The notes beneath the pieces were generated by a model that worked only from the letters and a program-made list of their open reading frames with translations, ran no database searches and was not told the origin of the DNA. A stretch of 64,000 bases of DNA, taken from assembly GCA_963714085.1 (NCBI GenBank), contig OY970229.1, forward strand, positions 672,001 to 736,000, in the 5' to 3' direction. Numbering within the stretch: position 1 is the stretch's first letter; each line of letters starts with the position of its first letter. The DNA is from an uncultured Candidatus Micrarchaeota archaeon (GTDB lineage: Archaea > Micrarchaeota > Micrarchaeia > Anstonellales > Bilamarchaeaceae). The translations under genes were made by a program, and so were the position numbers. Positions 36,563 through 46,582 of the stretch are shown in pieces.

Positions 36563-37672
36563 CTATCTGGCCAGGCCGAGGGCGGTTTCCACGCTCTCGC
36601 GCGTGATTATCCTGTTTATGAGCACGGAATCGTTCTTCGGGTTCGAGAAGTATTCATCGTCCGAAGGATGGAGCAGGACCGCAGTTCGCCCCTCGCCTTG
36701 TATGCGGGATATGTTCTTCGATATCTCGGTCCTCTTGCCGGTTATCTGGGGTGGCCAGAGGGCATGGACGCCCATCTGCCTCGCGGAGCCTCCGTAGACG
36801 ACTATGGAACGGGCGCAGAACATGGATGCGAGGTGGGATATCCCGTGGTCCACACCGAGATAGAGCGAAGCCGAGCATGCGAGCCTGCCCGCCTCCTCCA
36901 GCGATGGGGAGAGGAGGCTGCACCGCATCCCGTGGCTCGTACACGAAGCTGAGAAATGCTCCGCATGCTCCTTCTCCCACTGGCTCTTCGCATCCAGCAG
37001 CGTGATTACCCGGTAATCCGGGAACTGCTTGCTCAAGCATTCCGCTATGATGTCCAGCTTCGCATTCTCGATCTTCTTGTAATCCAAATCCCTGAACAGG
37101 TGCACGAGGATGGTCTTGCCGCTCTTCCCCTTGCCGGCCTTGAGGGAGGAGCGCATCCTTTCACGGACTTCCCTGGCCTGGTCCGGATATGAGCCTTTTT
37201 CCTTGATCGCATCGCAGAACAGCCCGAAGACCGAGGCGCCCACAGCCTCGCCCTGGTTGGGGACCATGTGCCTGGAGCGTATCCCGGAGAGACGCAGGAG
37301 CGGCCTGGCCCCCCAATTGTACAAGAGGATCTCGTTTTTCCTCCTGGCGTGGAAGGGTTGTGGCAGGACCATTCCGAGCCTGTCCTTGCCCATTTTCATG
37401 ATGGTCCCCAATGAGCGCCTGTCCCCAACGACCGCGATATCGTACCTGGTCTTTTCTGCGAGCACCTGCTTCGGTGGGATGAGCCTCAGGTCGCCCTTCT
37501 TCATCTCCCGGGCGAATATCAGCTGCGCCACCTTCTGCGGGCTTCCGCTCGTGAAGACTATGTCGACCTTATAGCCCTGCTTCATGGCGAGGAGGAACAG
37601 CGGGGCGAAGCACATCACGTCCCCGAGCCCCAGGTTGTGGACCATGAAGGCCATTGCCTTTTGCATTGTCAT
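36563..37672 (-). CDS. Divergent GT9-like glycosyltransferase
   Basis: GLGDV near the N-terminus and YLGVDHGISHLAS (GT9 D[ST]G..H-like); ATGA overlap with hldD. Confidence 0.7.
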   Translation of the reverse strand: MTMQKAMAFMVHNLGLGDVMCFAPLFLLAMKQGYKVDIVFTSGSPQKVAQLIFAREMKKGDLRLIPPKQVLAEKTRYDIAVVGDRRSLGTIMKMGKDRLGMVLPQPFHARRKNEILLYNWGARPLLRLSGIRSRHMVPNQGEAVGASVFGLFCDAIKEKGSYPDQAREVRERMRSSLKAGKGKSGKTILVHLFRDLDYKKIENAKLDIIAECLSKQFPDYRVITLLDAKSQWEKEHAEHFSASCTSHGMRCSLLSPSLEEAGRLACSASLYLGVDHGISHLASMFCARSIVVYGGSARQMGVHALWPPQITGKRTEISKNISRIQGEGRTAVLLHPSDDEYFSNPKNDSVLINRIITRESVETALGLAR

Positions 37673-38589
37673 TCCCCGTTCGCCTTCAGGAAAGCGACGT
37701 AATCCTTTACCGCTTTTTCCAGATCCCACTCGGGCTTGTAGCCCAGACCCTGGCCGCTGCGCTCCAGGGACGCTTCCGTATGGTCCTGGTATTTGTCTGT
37801 GAAGGGATTGTCGAAGTACTCGATCTCGCGCTTGACCCCCAGCGCGCCTGTGAGCGCGTTGCAGACGTCGTTGAACGAGCGCGCCTTGCCTGAGCCGACG
37901 TTGTAGATCCCGCTCTTGCCATTCTCCAGCGCGAGCAGGTTCGCCTTCACCACGTCCTTGACGTATACGAAATCCCGCTTCTGCTCTCCGAACTTGAAGA
38001 TGCGGGGGTTCTTGCCGGCTTTCACCTGCAACGCCAGCTGGTATATCATGGATGCCATCCTGCCCTTGTTCTGCTCCCTTGGCCCGAAGACATTGAAGTA
38101 TCTAAGGCCTATGACGCGGGCTTTCGGGTGCTTTTTGATGAAGCGCATGGCCACGCAGTCGCACATCCACTTGGAGAAGCCGTAGACATTGAGCGGGACG
38201 CCGGCGTCGCCTTCTTGCTGGGGCGACTTGGCCGCTCCGTAGACCGCCGCGGAAGAGGCGTAGACGAGCGGCGTGCCCTTCTCGCCGCTGTACCTGAGCA
38301 GCGGCTCCATGGGATCGAGGTTGGACTGCAGCATGAGCTTCTCGTCATACACCGTGGTGTCGGTTATGGCCGCCTCGTGGAATATCGCGTCCGGCGCGAT
38401 CTCGAGCAGCCTCTGGTGGGAAAGCCTGGAGAGGTCGTCCGCGATGACGGTCCCGGTGAAGCCCCTGAGGTTCGCGAACGTGCCCACCGACATGTTATCG
38501 AAGATTGTGACGTCGTGCCCCAGCCGTTCCAGCTCGAGCGCGAGGTTGGAACCGATGAAACCCGCGCCGCCTGTGACAAGCAGTTTCAT
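37669..38589 (-). CDS. hldD: ADP-L-glycero-D-manno-heptose-6-epimerase
   Basis: TGGAGFIGSN, H.AAITDTT, YASSAAVYG, PLNVYGFSK, GPREQNKGRMAS. Confidence 0.92.
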   Translation of the reverse strand: MKLLVTGGAGFIGSNLALELERLGHDVTIFDNMSVGTFANLRGFTGTVIADDLSRLSHQRLLEIAPDAIFHEAAITDTTVYDEKLMLQSNLDPMEPLLRYSGEKGTPLVYASSAAVYGAAKSPQQEGDAGVPLNVYGFSKWMCDCVAMRFIKKHPKARVIGLRYFNVFGPREQNKGRMASMIYQLALQVKAGKNPRIFKFGEQKRDFVYVKDVVKANLLALENGKSGIYNVGSGKARSFNDVCNALTGALGVKREIEYFDNPFTDKYQDHTEASLERSGQGLGYKPEWDLEKAVKDYVAFLKANGE

Positions 38590-38629
38590 GGGAATAACCT
38601 TCGTAAAACCAATTTTAAAGGTGATGGGG

Positions 38630-39670
38630 CTATCGGCTCCGCAGGGCGTCCTCATAAGCCGATATCGTGCTATCGATGCATGCGTCCCAGGTGAACTGCT
38701 TGAGATATTCGAGATGCGCTTTGGAGAAGACGAAGCCTTCGGATCGCACCTTCTCTAGCAGCGCTGCGAGATGCTCCTCGTCCTTCGCTTTCAGGCAGTA
38801 TGTGGTCACCTCTCCTGGCACGTGCGCCCCTTCCTTGACTATCGTGGGCACATGGCACATCTGGGCCTCGATCATCGGGAGGCCGAAACCCTCGCTGGTG
38901 GATGGGAACACGAAGACGTCGAAGCTGTTGTAGATGTCCACGATGTCCTTCTCATCAGCGAAACCGCGGAATTCCACGTTTTTCACTCCCAGTTGTTTTG
39001 CCAGCTCGATGCACTTCCCGTAATCCACGCCCTTGCCGTAGAGGACCAGGCGGCATGGTGCCGCGCACCGCTTTTCGAATATCGAGTAGGCGCGTATGAG
39101 AAACGACACGTTCTTGCCGACATTGAATCCTCCAAGATACCCAATCGTGAATATACCGCTTTTTTTCTCCTTCGACGCCTTGAATTTCTCATCAGCCGCC
39201 AGTGGTATGACGCGTATCTTCTTCTCGTCCACATTGAAATGTTCGAGGATATCGGTTTTCGTCTGGGAGGAGATGGCGAGCAGCATATCAGAGTGCTTGA
39301 TTGCGGCTGCGAACGCTTTTCCGAGCAGCATGTACCTGCTTTCGTTCCGGACATTGTAGAGGTTGAGGTCGTAGATGGTCGTTACCACTTTTTTCCCGTA
39401 TAGTTTTTTCAGGACGGGTATCGCCATGCCAGCCTGCGGAGCTGCGAAATGGAATAGGTCTCCTGTCCCGAACGGATACAACGACCTGAGCGGGAGATAC
39501 AGCAGAAAATCGAACGCTGATTTGAAAGGGCCTGGAAGGGCTGGCGGGGAGCTGACCGAATTGACGGTTATCCCTTTTTTCCGCAGGCCCTGGATCAGCT
39601 TCAGGCAATACCGGTCTATCCCGTGGCCTGTGGACTCGTCCAGGTAATGGGCCACCAGGGTGACTTTCAC
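38630..39670 (-). CDS. GT4 family glycosyltransferase
   Basis: TIYDL, VFVFPS..EGFGLPMIEA. Confidence 0.92.
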   Translation of the reverse strand: MKVTLVAHYLDESTGHGIDRYCLKLIQGLRKKGITVNSVSSPPALPGPFKSAFDFLLYLPLRSLYPFGTGDLFHFAAPQAGMAIPVLKKLYGKKVVTTIYDLNLYNVRNESRYMLLGKAFAAAIKHSDMLLAISSQTKTDILEHFNVDEKKIRVIPLAADEKFKASKEKKSGIFTIGYLGGFNVGKNVSFLIRAYSIFEKRCAAPCRLVLYGKGVDYGKCIELAKQLGVKNVEFRGFADEKDIVDIYNSFDVFVFPSTSEGFGLPMIEAQMCHVPTIVKEGAHVPGEVTTYCLKAKDEEHLAALLEKVRSEGFVFSKAHLEYLKQFTWDACIDSTISAYEDALRSR

Positions 39671-39829
39671 TGCCCCACCGGCCGGATGAACCGTCTCTCC
39701 CTGGAGGACGGCGTCGTTATCAGAAAGTAGATGCCCATCGGATCACTTTGAAAGGGGGTTTGCTGCGCGCATATTTTAAACTCTTACGGGCATAGTGATG
39801 CCATCTTTTTCAGGCGGAGAGAGGATTGT

Positions 39830-40984
39830 ATGGAACAGAAAGAAGCGGAGTTGCTGCCTTTCGAGCAGGTCTTCGAGCCGGGCAGATTCAAGGAGCTGAA
39901 GCGCTCGGGGCATGTTATAGACATCGATAAGATAGACGAGCACGTGAAGGCACATGGCGGCAGGAAAACGGCCATGCCTGATCAGATATACTGGAAGGGG
40001 AAGAGGGTGCTCATAACCGGCGCAGCTGGGATGGTGGGAAGCACCATAATGGACTCGCTAGTCGAACTCGGAGCGGACGTCTATGGGACCGTGAAGAGGC
40101 ACGCAGCCCCGGATTACCCGAACATAAAGCACCAGATAGAAGATGGGAAGGTCAAGGCCGTGGAGGTCGACCTGCGCGATTACGGAAGGGTTACCGAGCT
40201 CATAAAGCAGATAGAACCGCAGGTTATCTTCCACCAGGCATCGGAATCGTTCGTGCCCACCAGCCTGAAACAGCCGAGCCACGTGGTGGAGAACAACTGC
40301 GTGAGCACCGTCAACCTGCTCGAGGCTGCTACGAAAGACGGCAAGGGGCTCGAGGGGATACAGCTGGCGTGCTCTTCAGAGGAGTACGGCTTCGTGAAGA
40401 GCTTCGATGAGCTGCCTGTGAAGGAAACCAACCCGCTCAGGCCGACATCCACATACGCCGCGACCAAGGTGTTCACTGAGTATATAGGCCTGGCCTACTA
40501 TTTCATGTACAAGACCCCGGTCCTGATATCGAGGACGTTCAACCAGGAAGGCCCCAGGCGCGGGCCGCAGTTCTTCACAGCACGCATAGCGACACAGATG
40601 GCCGACTGCCTAAGCGGCAAGTCGGACAGGATAGTCATGGGAAACCCGAATTCCGTCCGTGATTTCACGCATGTGCACGACACCGCCAGGGCGCAGATAC
40701 TCGCGGTGGAGAAATGCAACCGCGGGGAGGCCTACAACATCTGCTCCGGCAAGGGGATAACCACCGGAGACTATGTGAAGCTGGCGCTGAGGCTGTATTC
40801 GCTCGAAGGCAAGGTCAAGGTGTTCGTGGACAAGGCCTTCCTGCGCTCCTACGAGAGGGGGGAGTCCCTCATGGACGGCTTCATAGGCAACAACTCCAAG
40901 TTCATGGAGAAGACCGGCTGGGCGCCGACGACCACCGTGGTGGACATAATAAAGGACGGCGTCAGCTACCAGAGGAAGGGATGA
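39830..40984 (+). CDS. GDP-mannose 4,6-dehydratase / Rmd-like SDR
   Basis: ITGAAGMVGS, HQASESFV..S, SSEEYG, YAATK, R.FNQEGPRR, GN..SVRDF. Confidence 0.85.
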   Translation: MEQKEAELLPFEQVFEPGRFKELKRSGHVIDIDKIDEHVKAHGGRKTAMPDQIYWKGKRVLITGAAGMVGSTIMDSLVELGADVYGTVKRHAAPDYPNIKHQIEDGKVKAVEVDLRDYGRVTELIKQIEPQVIFHQASESFVPTSLKQPSHVVENNCVSTVNLLEAATKDGKGLEGIQLACSSEEYGFVKSFDELPVKETNPLRPTSTYAATKVFTEYIGLAYYFMYKTPVLISRTFNQEGPRRGPQFFTARIATQMADCLSGKSDRIVMGNPNSVRDFTHVHDTARAQILAVEKCNRGEAYNICSGKGITTGDYVKLALRLYSLEGKVKVFVDKAFLRSYERGESLMDGFIGNNSKFMEKTGWAPTTTVVDIIKDGVSYQRKG

Positions 40985-41026
40985 ACGGTCCGATGTTTGT
41001 CTAGCATCAACGAGAATGTCGCGAGT

Positions 41027-41971
41027 TCACTTCCTGAATACGACTTCGACATATTCTCCAAGTCCGACCAGATTTATTATCTCCACCGGAATAAATAATG
41101 GGATTGTAAGCAATTTGCGGATAATTGGCGGATATTCGATGGGTTTCCCTAGCTTCTCCTCGATGAAGTACCGTACGCTGTTCTTGTACGACTCTGGAAT
41201 ATCGTTGAAATTCACCTTCTCGACTTTCAAGCCGTTTTTTCTCCCGTATTCGATGAGGTTCGGGATGGAGAAAAGGTAGATGTGGCGGGGTGTATCCAGG
41301 TCCTGCCAGTACCTCCCGAAGAGACGGAAACCCAGGGAACCCGTATTAGGCACCGCGATTATCACGAACCCTCCGGGCTTGACGATTCTTTTCACATCAG
41401 CGAGCATGGCTGCTGGGTCTGGCGCATGCTCGAGCACATGGTTCAAGGTGACGACGTCGAAAAACTCATCTCCGAATCCGGCATCCTCTAAGAGTCCTTT
41501 GCGTATGGTGAACCCCTCCTTCTGGCTCAGGGTGGGATTGAAATCGGAAGGTTCCACTCCGTACACTTCGAATCCGAGCTTCTTGGCGATTGAGAGGAAT
41601 GCGCCGTTGCCGCAGCCGACATCAAGAAGGCGCATCTTGCCTTTGCGTGGAGGCAGGGTCCGGTTGAACCAGATACGAAAGAATGGCAGCGACAATGCAG
41701 CGAAAATCTTGTCCTTGAGCCCTTGCCCCTGGCGTATCCTGGCTAGTTCAAGAGCACGCTTCTCGTACATGCCACTGGACAGCGAGTAGTATGTGTTAGG
41801 ATAAAAGCCTTCGATTTCCTGCTGGGTCGGGATGGGATCCTGGCGTATGATGCCGCACGATGCGCACCGGACAAGCTGGTACTCCTTCCCCTTTCTGAAC
41901 ATTCTGTCATGGTTGACGAAGAGGGGACTGGAATTTTTACTCCCGCAGAGATTGCATGCATCGGTTAACAT
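41027..41971 (-). CDS. Class I SAM-dependent methyltransferase with N-terminal Zn ribbon
   Basis: CNLC...CASC, LLDVGCGNG, HVLEH, PRH. Confidence 0.9.
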   Translation of the reverse strand: MLTDACNLCGSKNSSPLFVNHDRMFRKGKEYQLVRCASCGIIRQDPIPTQQEIEGFYPNTYYSLSSGMYEKRALELARIRQGQGLKDKIFAALSLPFFRIWFNRTLPPRKGKMRLLDVGCGNGAFLSIAKKLGFEVYGVEPSDFNPTLSQKEGFTIRKGLLEDAGFGDEFFDVVTLNHVLEHAPDPAAMLADVKRIVKPGGFVIIAVPNTGSLGFRLFGRYWQDLDTPRHIYLFSIPNLIEYGRKNGLKVEKVNFNDIPESYKNSVRYFIEEKLGKPIEYPPIIRKLLTIPLFIPVEIINLVGLGEYVEVVFRK

Positions 41972-42206
41972 CGTATCCCTTTCTTTCGGCTCTGGCGAGC
42001 GGCTCGATAAACGCGACTTTGGCAGAATGAATTTTTATGAGGTTGTATGGGACGCTAATGATTATATTTATACGCGTCGATAAGTTGAACAGGTGCGTTT
42101 CAGGCCAATGGCGTCCTGGCAGAGATATTTATGGTAGATGGACGCATAGGCGATTTCAAGGGCAGGCCGCCGGGTACGAAGCTTCAACTGCGGAAGGGGT
42201 GGATTC

Positions 42207-43253
42207 ATGAGGATATTTGTCGCTGGAAATCTGGGGTATATCGGAACGACCATGACGAAAATGATGCATGATGCGGGCCATGAGGTTGTAGGCTGCGACT
42301 GCGCCTATTTCAACGATGGCTTCATTCAAGGAGATCTGAAGGGCTTCATGAAAGAGTATGTGAAGAAGCAGATAACCAAGGACGTCCGGGACATAAATGG
42401 ATCAGACATCGCAGGCTGCGACGCGGTCGTGGACTATTCCGGGCTCGCGAACGACCCTGCCTCGGACCTCAATCCGCTCTGGACCGACCAGATAAACCAC
42501 CTTTCCCCCGTCCATCTCGCCAATCTGGCGAAAAAAAGCGGCATACGCCGTTTCGTATTCGCCTCGTCCTGTTCGACATATGGGGCGCAGTCCGGAGACA
42601 GCATGGTGGAGGAGACCTCGCCGCTACTTCCCGTATCGGCATACGCGAAAGCGAAGATAGGGGTCGAGCAGGATGTCGGCAGGCTGAAAGACCGGAGCTT
42701 CCACCCTACATTCATGAGGAACGCGACTGTCTTCGGTTTGTCATACCGGATGAGATTCGACCTCGTAGTCAACAACCTGACCGGATGGGCATACACCACG
42801 GGAAAAGTCAAACTCCTGAGCGCGGGAACATCATGGCGACCCAGCCTCCACGTCGAAGACTGCTGCAAGGCAGTGATGGCAGTGCTTGAGAGCCCGGAAG
42901 ACGGCGTGAGCGGCGAGGCGTTCAACATCGGCATGGATTCCGAGAATTTCAAGATAGTTGAAATCGCCGGCATGGTGAGGGAGATTGTGCCCAACTGCGA
43001 ACTCGAGGTCGGCAAGGACGCCCCGGTCGATCCGAGGTCCTACAGGGTTTCATTCAAGAAGATACATGAACGCATCAAATTGTTCAAGCCGTCATGGACG
43101 GTGCGGATGGGCATAAGGCAGCTTTATGAGCATTTCAGGAAGATAAACCTGGAGTATGAGACATTCTCGGCCAAGAGATTCTACGACGTGGATACTATGA
43201 AACGACTGATAGCCGAGAACAGGGTGGATGGAGATTTGAGGCTCAAGAACTAG
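42207..43253 (+). CDS. NAD-dependent nucleotide-sugar epimerase/dehydratase (SDR)
   Basis: GNLGYIG, LANDP, ASSCSTYG, YAKAK, RNATVFG.S.RMRFDLVVN. Confidence 0.9.
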   Translation: MRIFVAGNLGYIGTTMTKMMHDAGHEVVGCDCAYFNDGFIQGDLKGFMKEYVKKQITKDVRDINGSDIAGCDAVVDYSGLANDPASDLNPLWTDQINHLSPVHLANLAKKSGIRRFVFASSCSTYGAQSGDSMVEETSPLLPVSAYAKAKIGVEQDVGRLKDRSFHPTFMRNATVFGLSYRMRFDLVVNNLTGWAYTTGKVKLLSAGTSWRPSLHVEDCCKAVMAVLESPEDGVSGEAFNIGMDSENFKIVEIAGMVREIVPNCELEVGKDAPVDPRSYRVSFKKIHERIKLFKPSWTVRMGIRQLYEHFRKINLEYETFSAKRFYDVDTMKRLIAENRVDGDLRLKN

Positions 43254-43269
43254 GATCAAAGGCGAAAAA

Positions 43270-44175
43270 ATGGAAGAACTACTTCTCCTCATTCTTTTCC
43301 TGATCTCCGGCTACCTGCTCCCGAAGTTCAGGCTCGCCAAAGGCACGGATTACAAGTTGCTAACGAATTTCGTCTTCTACGTCTGCCTGCCCTGTTCCAT
43401 ACTCTCGTCTTTTGCGGGGGTGGTGATAACCGGTTCGTTATATCTCGCCATCGGCATCCTTTTCGCGACGTTCATAATATTCACGGTATCGACGCTCGCG
43501 GTGGCGTCGTTCTTGAAGCTCGACAAGCGCATGTTCTACGCAATCCTGATCTGCGGCTTTTTCGGGAATATAATCTACTTCGGTTTTCCGTTCGTCCAGA
43601 TGCTCATGGGGAATGGCGCGCTCCCGCTAGCGGGCATCTACGTAGCGGCGTATAATCTCTTCATATTCGCGCTCCTGCTCCCATTCATATCCACGCAAGC
43701 CGGGGGAAAGCAGACCGGAAAGGACGGCATCGTGAAAGCGCTCAGGAATCCGTGCGTGATTTTCACGTTCATCGGCATCGTCGTCCTTGCCCTTTCGCTA
43801 GACATTGGAGCTGTAGTGCCGTACCTGCAGGGTTTCGCATCGCTCACGACGCCGATCTCGCTCGTCGCCATGGGGCTGTTCCTTTCGGACAAACTCCGCG
43901 TGAAACTTGACGGGAACCTGGTTTCTATCATGGCTGCGAAAATTGTGTTCTTCCCGCTGATAACGGCCATCCTGCTCGTGATAAGCGGGCTCTGGGGCTC
44001 AGCACCGGGGAGAGAGATGCTGTTGTTGTCCTTCATGCCCGTCGCGATAACCAGTTTCGTGATCGCCGATTCACTAAATCTGGACCTGGACGAACTGGTG
44101 ATGGACGCAATCGTAGCGACGAGTGTGGTATCCACACTTGTCGTGTTCGGGCTTAAGCTCTTAGGAGTGTTCTGA
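43270..44175 (+). CDS. AEC (auxin efflux carrier) family transporter
   Basis: About 10 TM segments; FVFYVCLP, FGN..YFGFP, LRNP, MPVA. Confidence 0.85.
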   Translation: MEELLLLILFLISGYLLPKFRLAKGTDYKLLTNFVFYVCLPCSILSSFAGVVITGSLYLAIGILFATFIIFTVSTLAVASFLKLDKRMFYAILICGFFGNIIYFGFPFVQMLMGNGALPLAGIYVAAYNLFIFALLLPFISTQAGGKQTGKDGIVKALRNPCVIFTFIGIVVLALSLDIGAVVPYLQGFASLTTPISLVAMGLFLSDKLRVKLDGNLVSIMAAKIVFFPLITAILLVISGLWGSAPGREMLLLSFMPVAITSFVIADSLNLDLDELVMDAIVATSVVSTLVVFGLKLLGVF

Positions 44176-44256
44176 CGGATCAGTCCTCCTTAAGTCGCTC
44201 TGTTTCTTTAGTGATTTTCTTCTGGGCAGGAAAGAGGGTGATGACCAGTATGTCTT

Positions 44257-45228
44257 CTACTTTGGGATGGTCGGACCTGTCATGGAAGGGATAATATGGC
44301 GTCTGTATGAAAGCAAGCCTTTCATGATTGCTGCGCTCATGAGCAGGATCCGATAAGGCAGCCTGACGAGGTCGGCGGGGGAGAGTAAGAAGGCCACATT
44401 GCTTTTGCTGAGGTCGCTCCGCTTATCCGCCCTCCGGACGATGAGCCGGGCGTAAATCCGCGCCATCATCTTCAAGAGCTCCGGCAAAGGCGCATAGCGT
44501 GCGTAGAATATTATGATGTTCCTCGCGATTACGTAGTCTCGTTCGTCGCTGGCGGTTATCGAACCGCCTTCCAGATGGTAAAGAGATACGTTGCCTGCGT
44601 AGATTATCTTGAAACCGGATTTCCTGGCTCTGAAGCAGAGGTCTACATCCTCGCAGTAGTATGGGGAGAAGATTTCATCGAAGCCGCCGATTTTCCCAAG
44701 AACTTCTGTCCTGATGAGACATGCCGCCATGGTGACCGCGTCAAGTTCCTCGATGTCTCCCAAACTCGATGCCGAGCCGCCTCTTCCCCGGTGCCGGTCC
44801 GGCCAGAATGATATCCCCCCATGCTGGATCGTGCCGTTCGGATAGAGCAACTTGCAGCCTAGGATGCCTGCCGAGGGGTTTTTCCCCGCGACTGACACCA
44901 GCGAAGAGAGCCAATCCGAAGCTATGATGGTTATGTCGTCATTCAGGAATGCGATGTAATCGCAGGGGAACTCCCGCATCGCGAGGCTGAATGCCTGGTT
45001 CGCCGCCTTGGTCAGGCCGATGTTCTTCGCTACGCCGAAAAGCGTGACCTCGGGGTATTCCTTTTGTATTATATCCTTCGAATGGTCGGTGGAGCCGTTA
45101 TCGAAAACGAATGTCCTCTGATTCGGGTAGTCGGTTTTCCTGAGCGAATCTAGGCAACCGCGTATGAGGCCCTCTCCATTGTAATGTACTATGACTATGG
45201 CGACGGGAGGTTGGTCCCTAGGGCTCAT
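44257..45228 (-). CDS. GT2 family glycosyltransferase
   Basis: Start MSPRDQ at 45228; IVHYN, DNGSTD, FLNDD, GGFDE...YCEDVDLC.R. Confidence 0.9.
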   Translation of the reverse strand: MSPRDQPPVAIVIVHYNGEGLIRGCLDSLRKTDYPNQRTFVFDNGSTDHSKDIIQKEYPEVTLFGVAKNIGLTKAANQAFSLAMREFPCDYIAFLNDDITIIASDWLSSLVSVAGKNPSAGILGCKLLYPNGTIQHGGISFWPDRHRGRGGSASSLGDIEELDAVTMAACLIRTEVLGKIGGFDEIFSPYYCEDVDLCFRARKSGFKIIYAGNVSLYHLEGGSITASDERDYVIARNIIIFYARYAPLPELLKMMARIYARLIVRRADKRSDLSKSNVAFLLSPADLVRLPYRILLMSAAIMKGLLSYRRHIIPSMTGPTIPK

Positions 45229-46469
45229 CCGACCACGTCTGTCAAAGAAGCGATGATGCGCGGGGATGGGACCGGTATTATGAATTTTCCTCCCGATTCG
45301 AGGAATTTCTCTTGCTGCTTGATTATCTCGGGAGCGAAGTTCCAAGCCAGTATGAGGACTACGTCCGGTTTGCTTGAGTAGAGCGCCTCCGGGGCGAGTA
45401 TAGGTATGTGCGTGCCAGGAGTGTAAAGGCCTTGCTTGTACTCGCTCTTGTCCACGGTGAAGTCTATCAGCCGCGTGTCTATTCCGCAGAAACAAAGCAG
45501 CGTGTTCCCTTTGGCTGGTGCGCCGTAGGCAGCGAGCTTCCTGCCCTGCTTCTTGAGATCCTTCAGCATGGACACGAGGTTTTCATTGAGCCGCTCGACC
45601 TTGTCTGCGAAGCCCTTGTAGGTCTCAAAGTTCCCGAGCCCCAGCTTTTTTTCGAGCTCCTGCTGTCGCTGCACAGCTGGCAGGACGGGTCGCGGGCCTC
45701 CTTTGCGCTGCACGAAGATGCGTATCGAACCGCCATGGATATCGGTCCTCTTGACGTTGAAGATCTCCATGTCGTGCATGGCGAACAACCGGACCAGGGG
45801 CCCAAGCGAGAAGTAGGAGAGGTGCTCGTGATAAATCGTATCGAATTCCACCTTGTCCAGCAGCTCCGCGAGGTAAGGGAACTCGAGGACCAGGAAACCG
45901 TCTTGCGCGAGAAGCGTATTCACGCCTTCGATGAGGTCGTGGACGTCATTGACGTGAGCGAACACGTTATTGCCTACTATCGCGGTGGCCTTGCCGTATT
46001 TCGCCTCAATGGATTTGGCAGAACGGGAATTGAAGAAATCGTTGAGCGTCGGAAGGCCTTCCTTGTTTGCCTTCTCGGCTATGTTGGCGGCTGGGTCCAC
46101 GCCCAGGAACCGGATACCATGCCTGGTCAGGTTTTTTATGAATATGCCGTCGTTGCTGGCTATCTCGACAACGAATGCATTGGATTTGTCAGAGTGCATC
46201 GCGGCCACTTCGTCAGCATAATCCGAGAAGTGCTTCATGAGCGTGGGCGAGGTCGATGAAAAATACAGGTAGTTGCTGTACAGCTTCTCTGGAGAAACTA
46301 CTTCGCCAAGCTGGACGAGGCCGCAATCCTCGCAGAAGTAGACATCCAGCCGTTCTTTGTACTCCGGCTTGCCCAGGTCCTCCTTGGTGAGATAGCTGTT
46401 GGCGAGCGCGACAACTCCCAGATCCAGGAACCTCTTGAGCCGGCTACCCTTGCAGATGCGACAGTGCAA
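45225..46469 (-). CDS. NDP-hexose C-methyltransferase (Zn finger, SAM domain, C-terminal domain)
   Basis: CRIC...CEDC.LVQL, EIASNDG, NVFAH, FDTIYHEHLSYF, HGGSIR, YGAPAKGNT, LAWN. Confidence 0.92.
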   Translation of the reverse strand: MHCRICKGSRLKRFLDLGVVALANSYLTKEDLGKPEYKERLDVYFCEDCGLVQLGEVVSPEKLYSNYLYFSSTSPTLMKHFSDYADEVAAMHSDKSNAFVVEIASNDGIFIKNLTRHGIRFLGVDPAANIAEKANKEGLPTLNDFFNSRSAKSIEAKYGKATAIVGNNVFAHVNDVHDLIEGVNTLLAQDGFLVLEFPYLAELLDKVEFDTIYHEHLSYFSLGPLVRLFAMHDMEIFNVKRTDIHGGSIRIFVQRKGGPRPVLPAVQRQQELEKKLGLGNFETYKGFADKVERLNENLVSMLKDLKKQGRKLAAYGAPAKGNTLLCFCGIDTRLIDFTVDKSEYKQGLYTPGTHIPILAPEALYSSKPDVVLILAWNFAPEIIKQQEKFLESGGKFIIPVPSPRIIASLTDVVG

Positions 46470-46582
46470 TAAATCACCATCCTACGAACAGATACCAGAT
46501 TACGAATATTTTTATGATGCTTGGAAGCAGTATTAAACAATCACAATTAAAAAGAATGAAGAGCGGTTCGCGGTGATTATCC

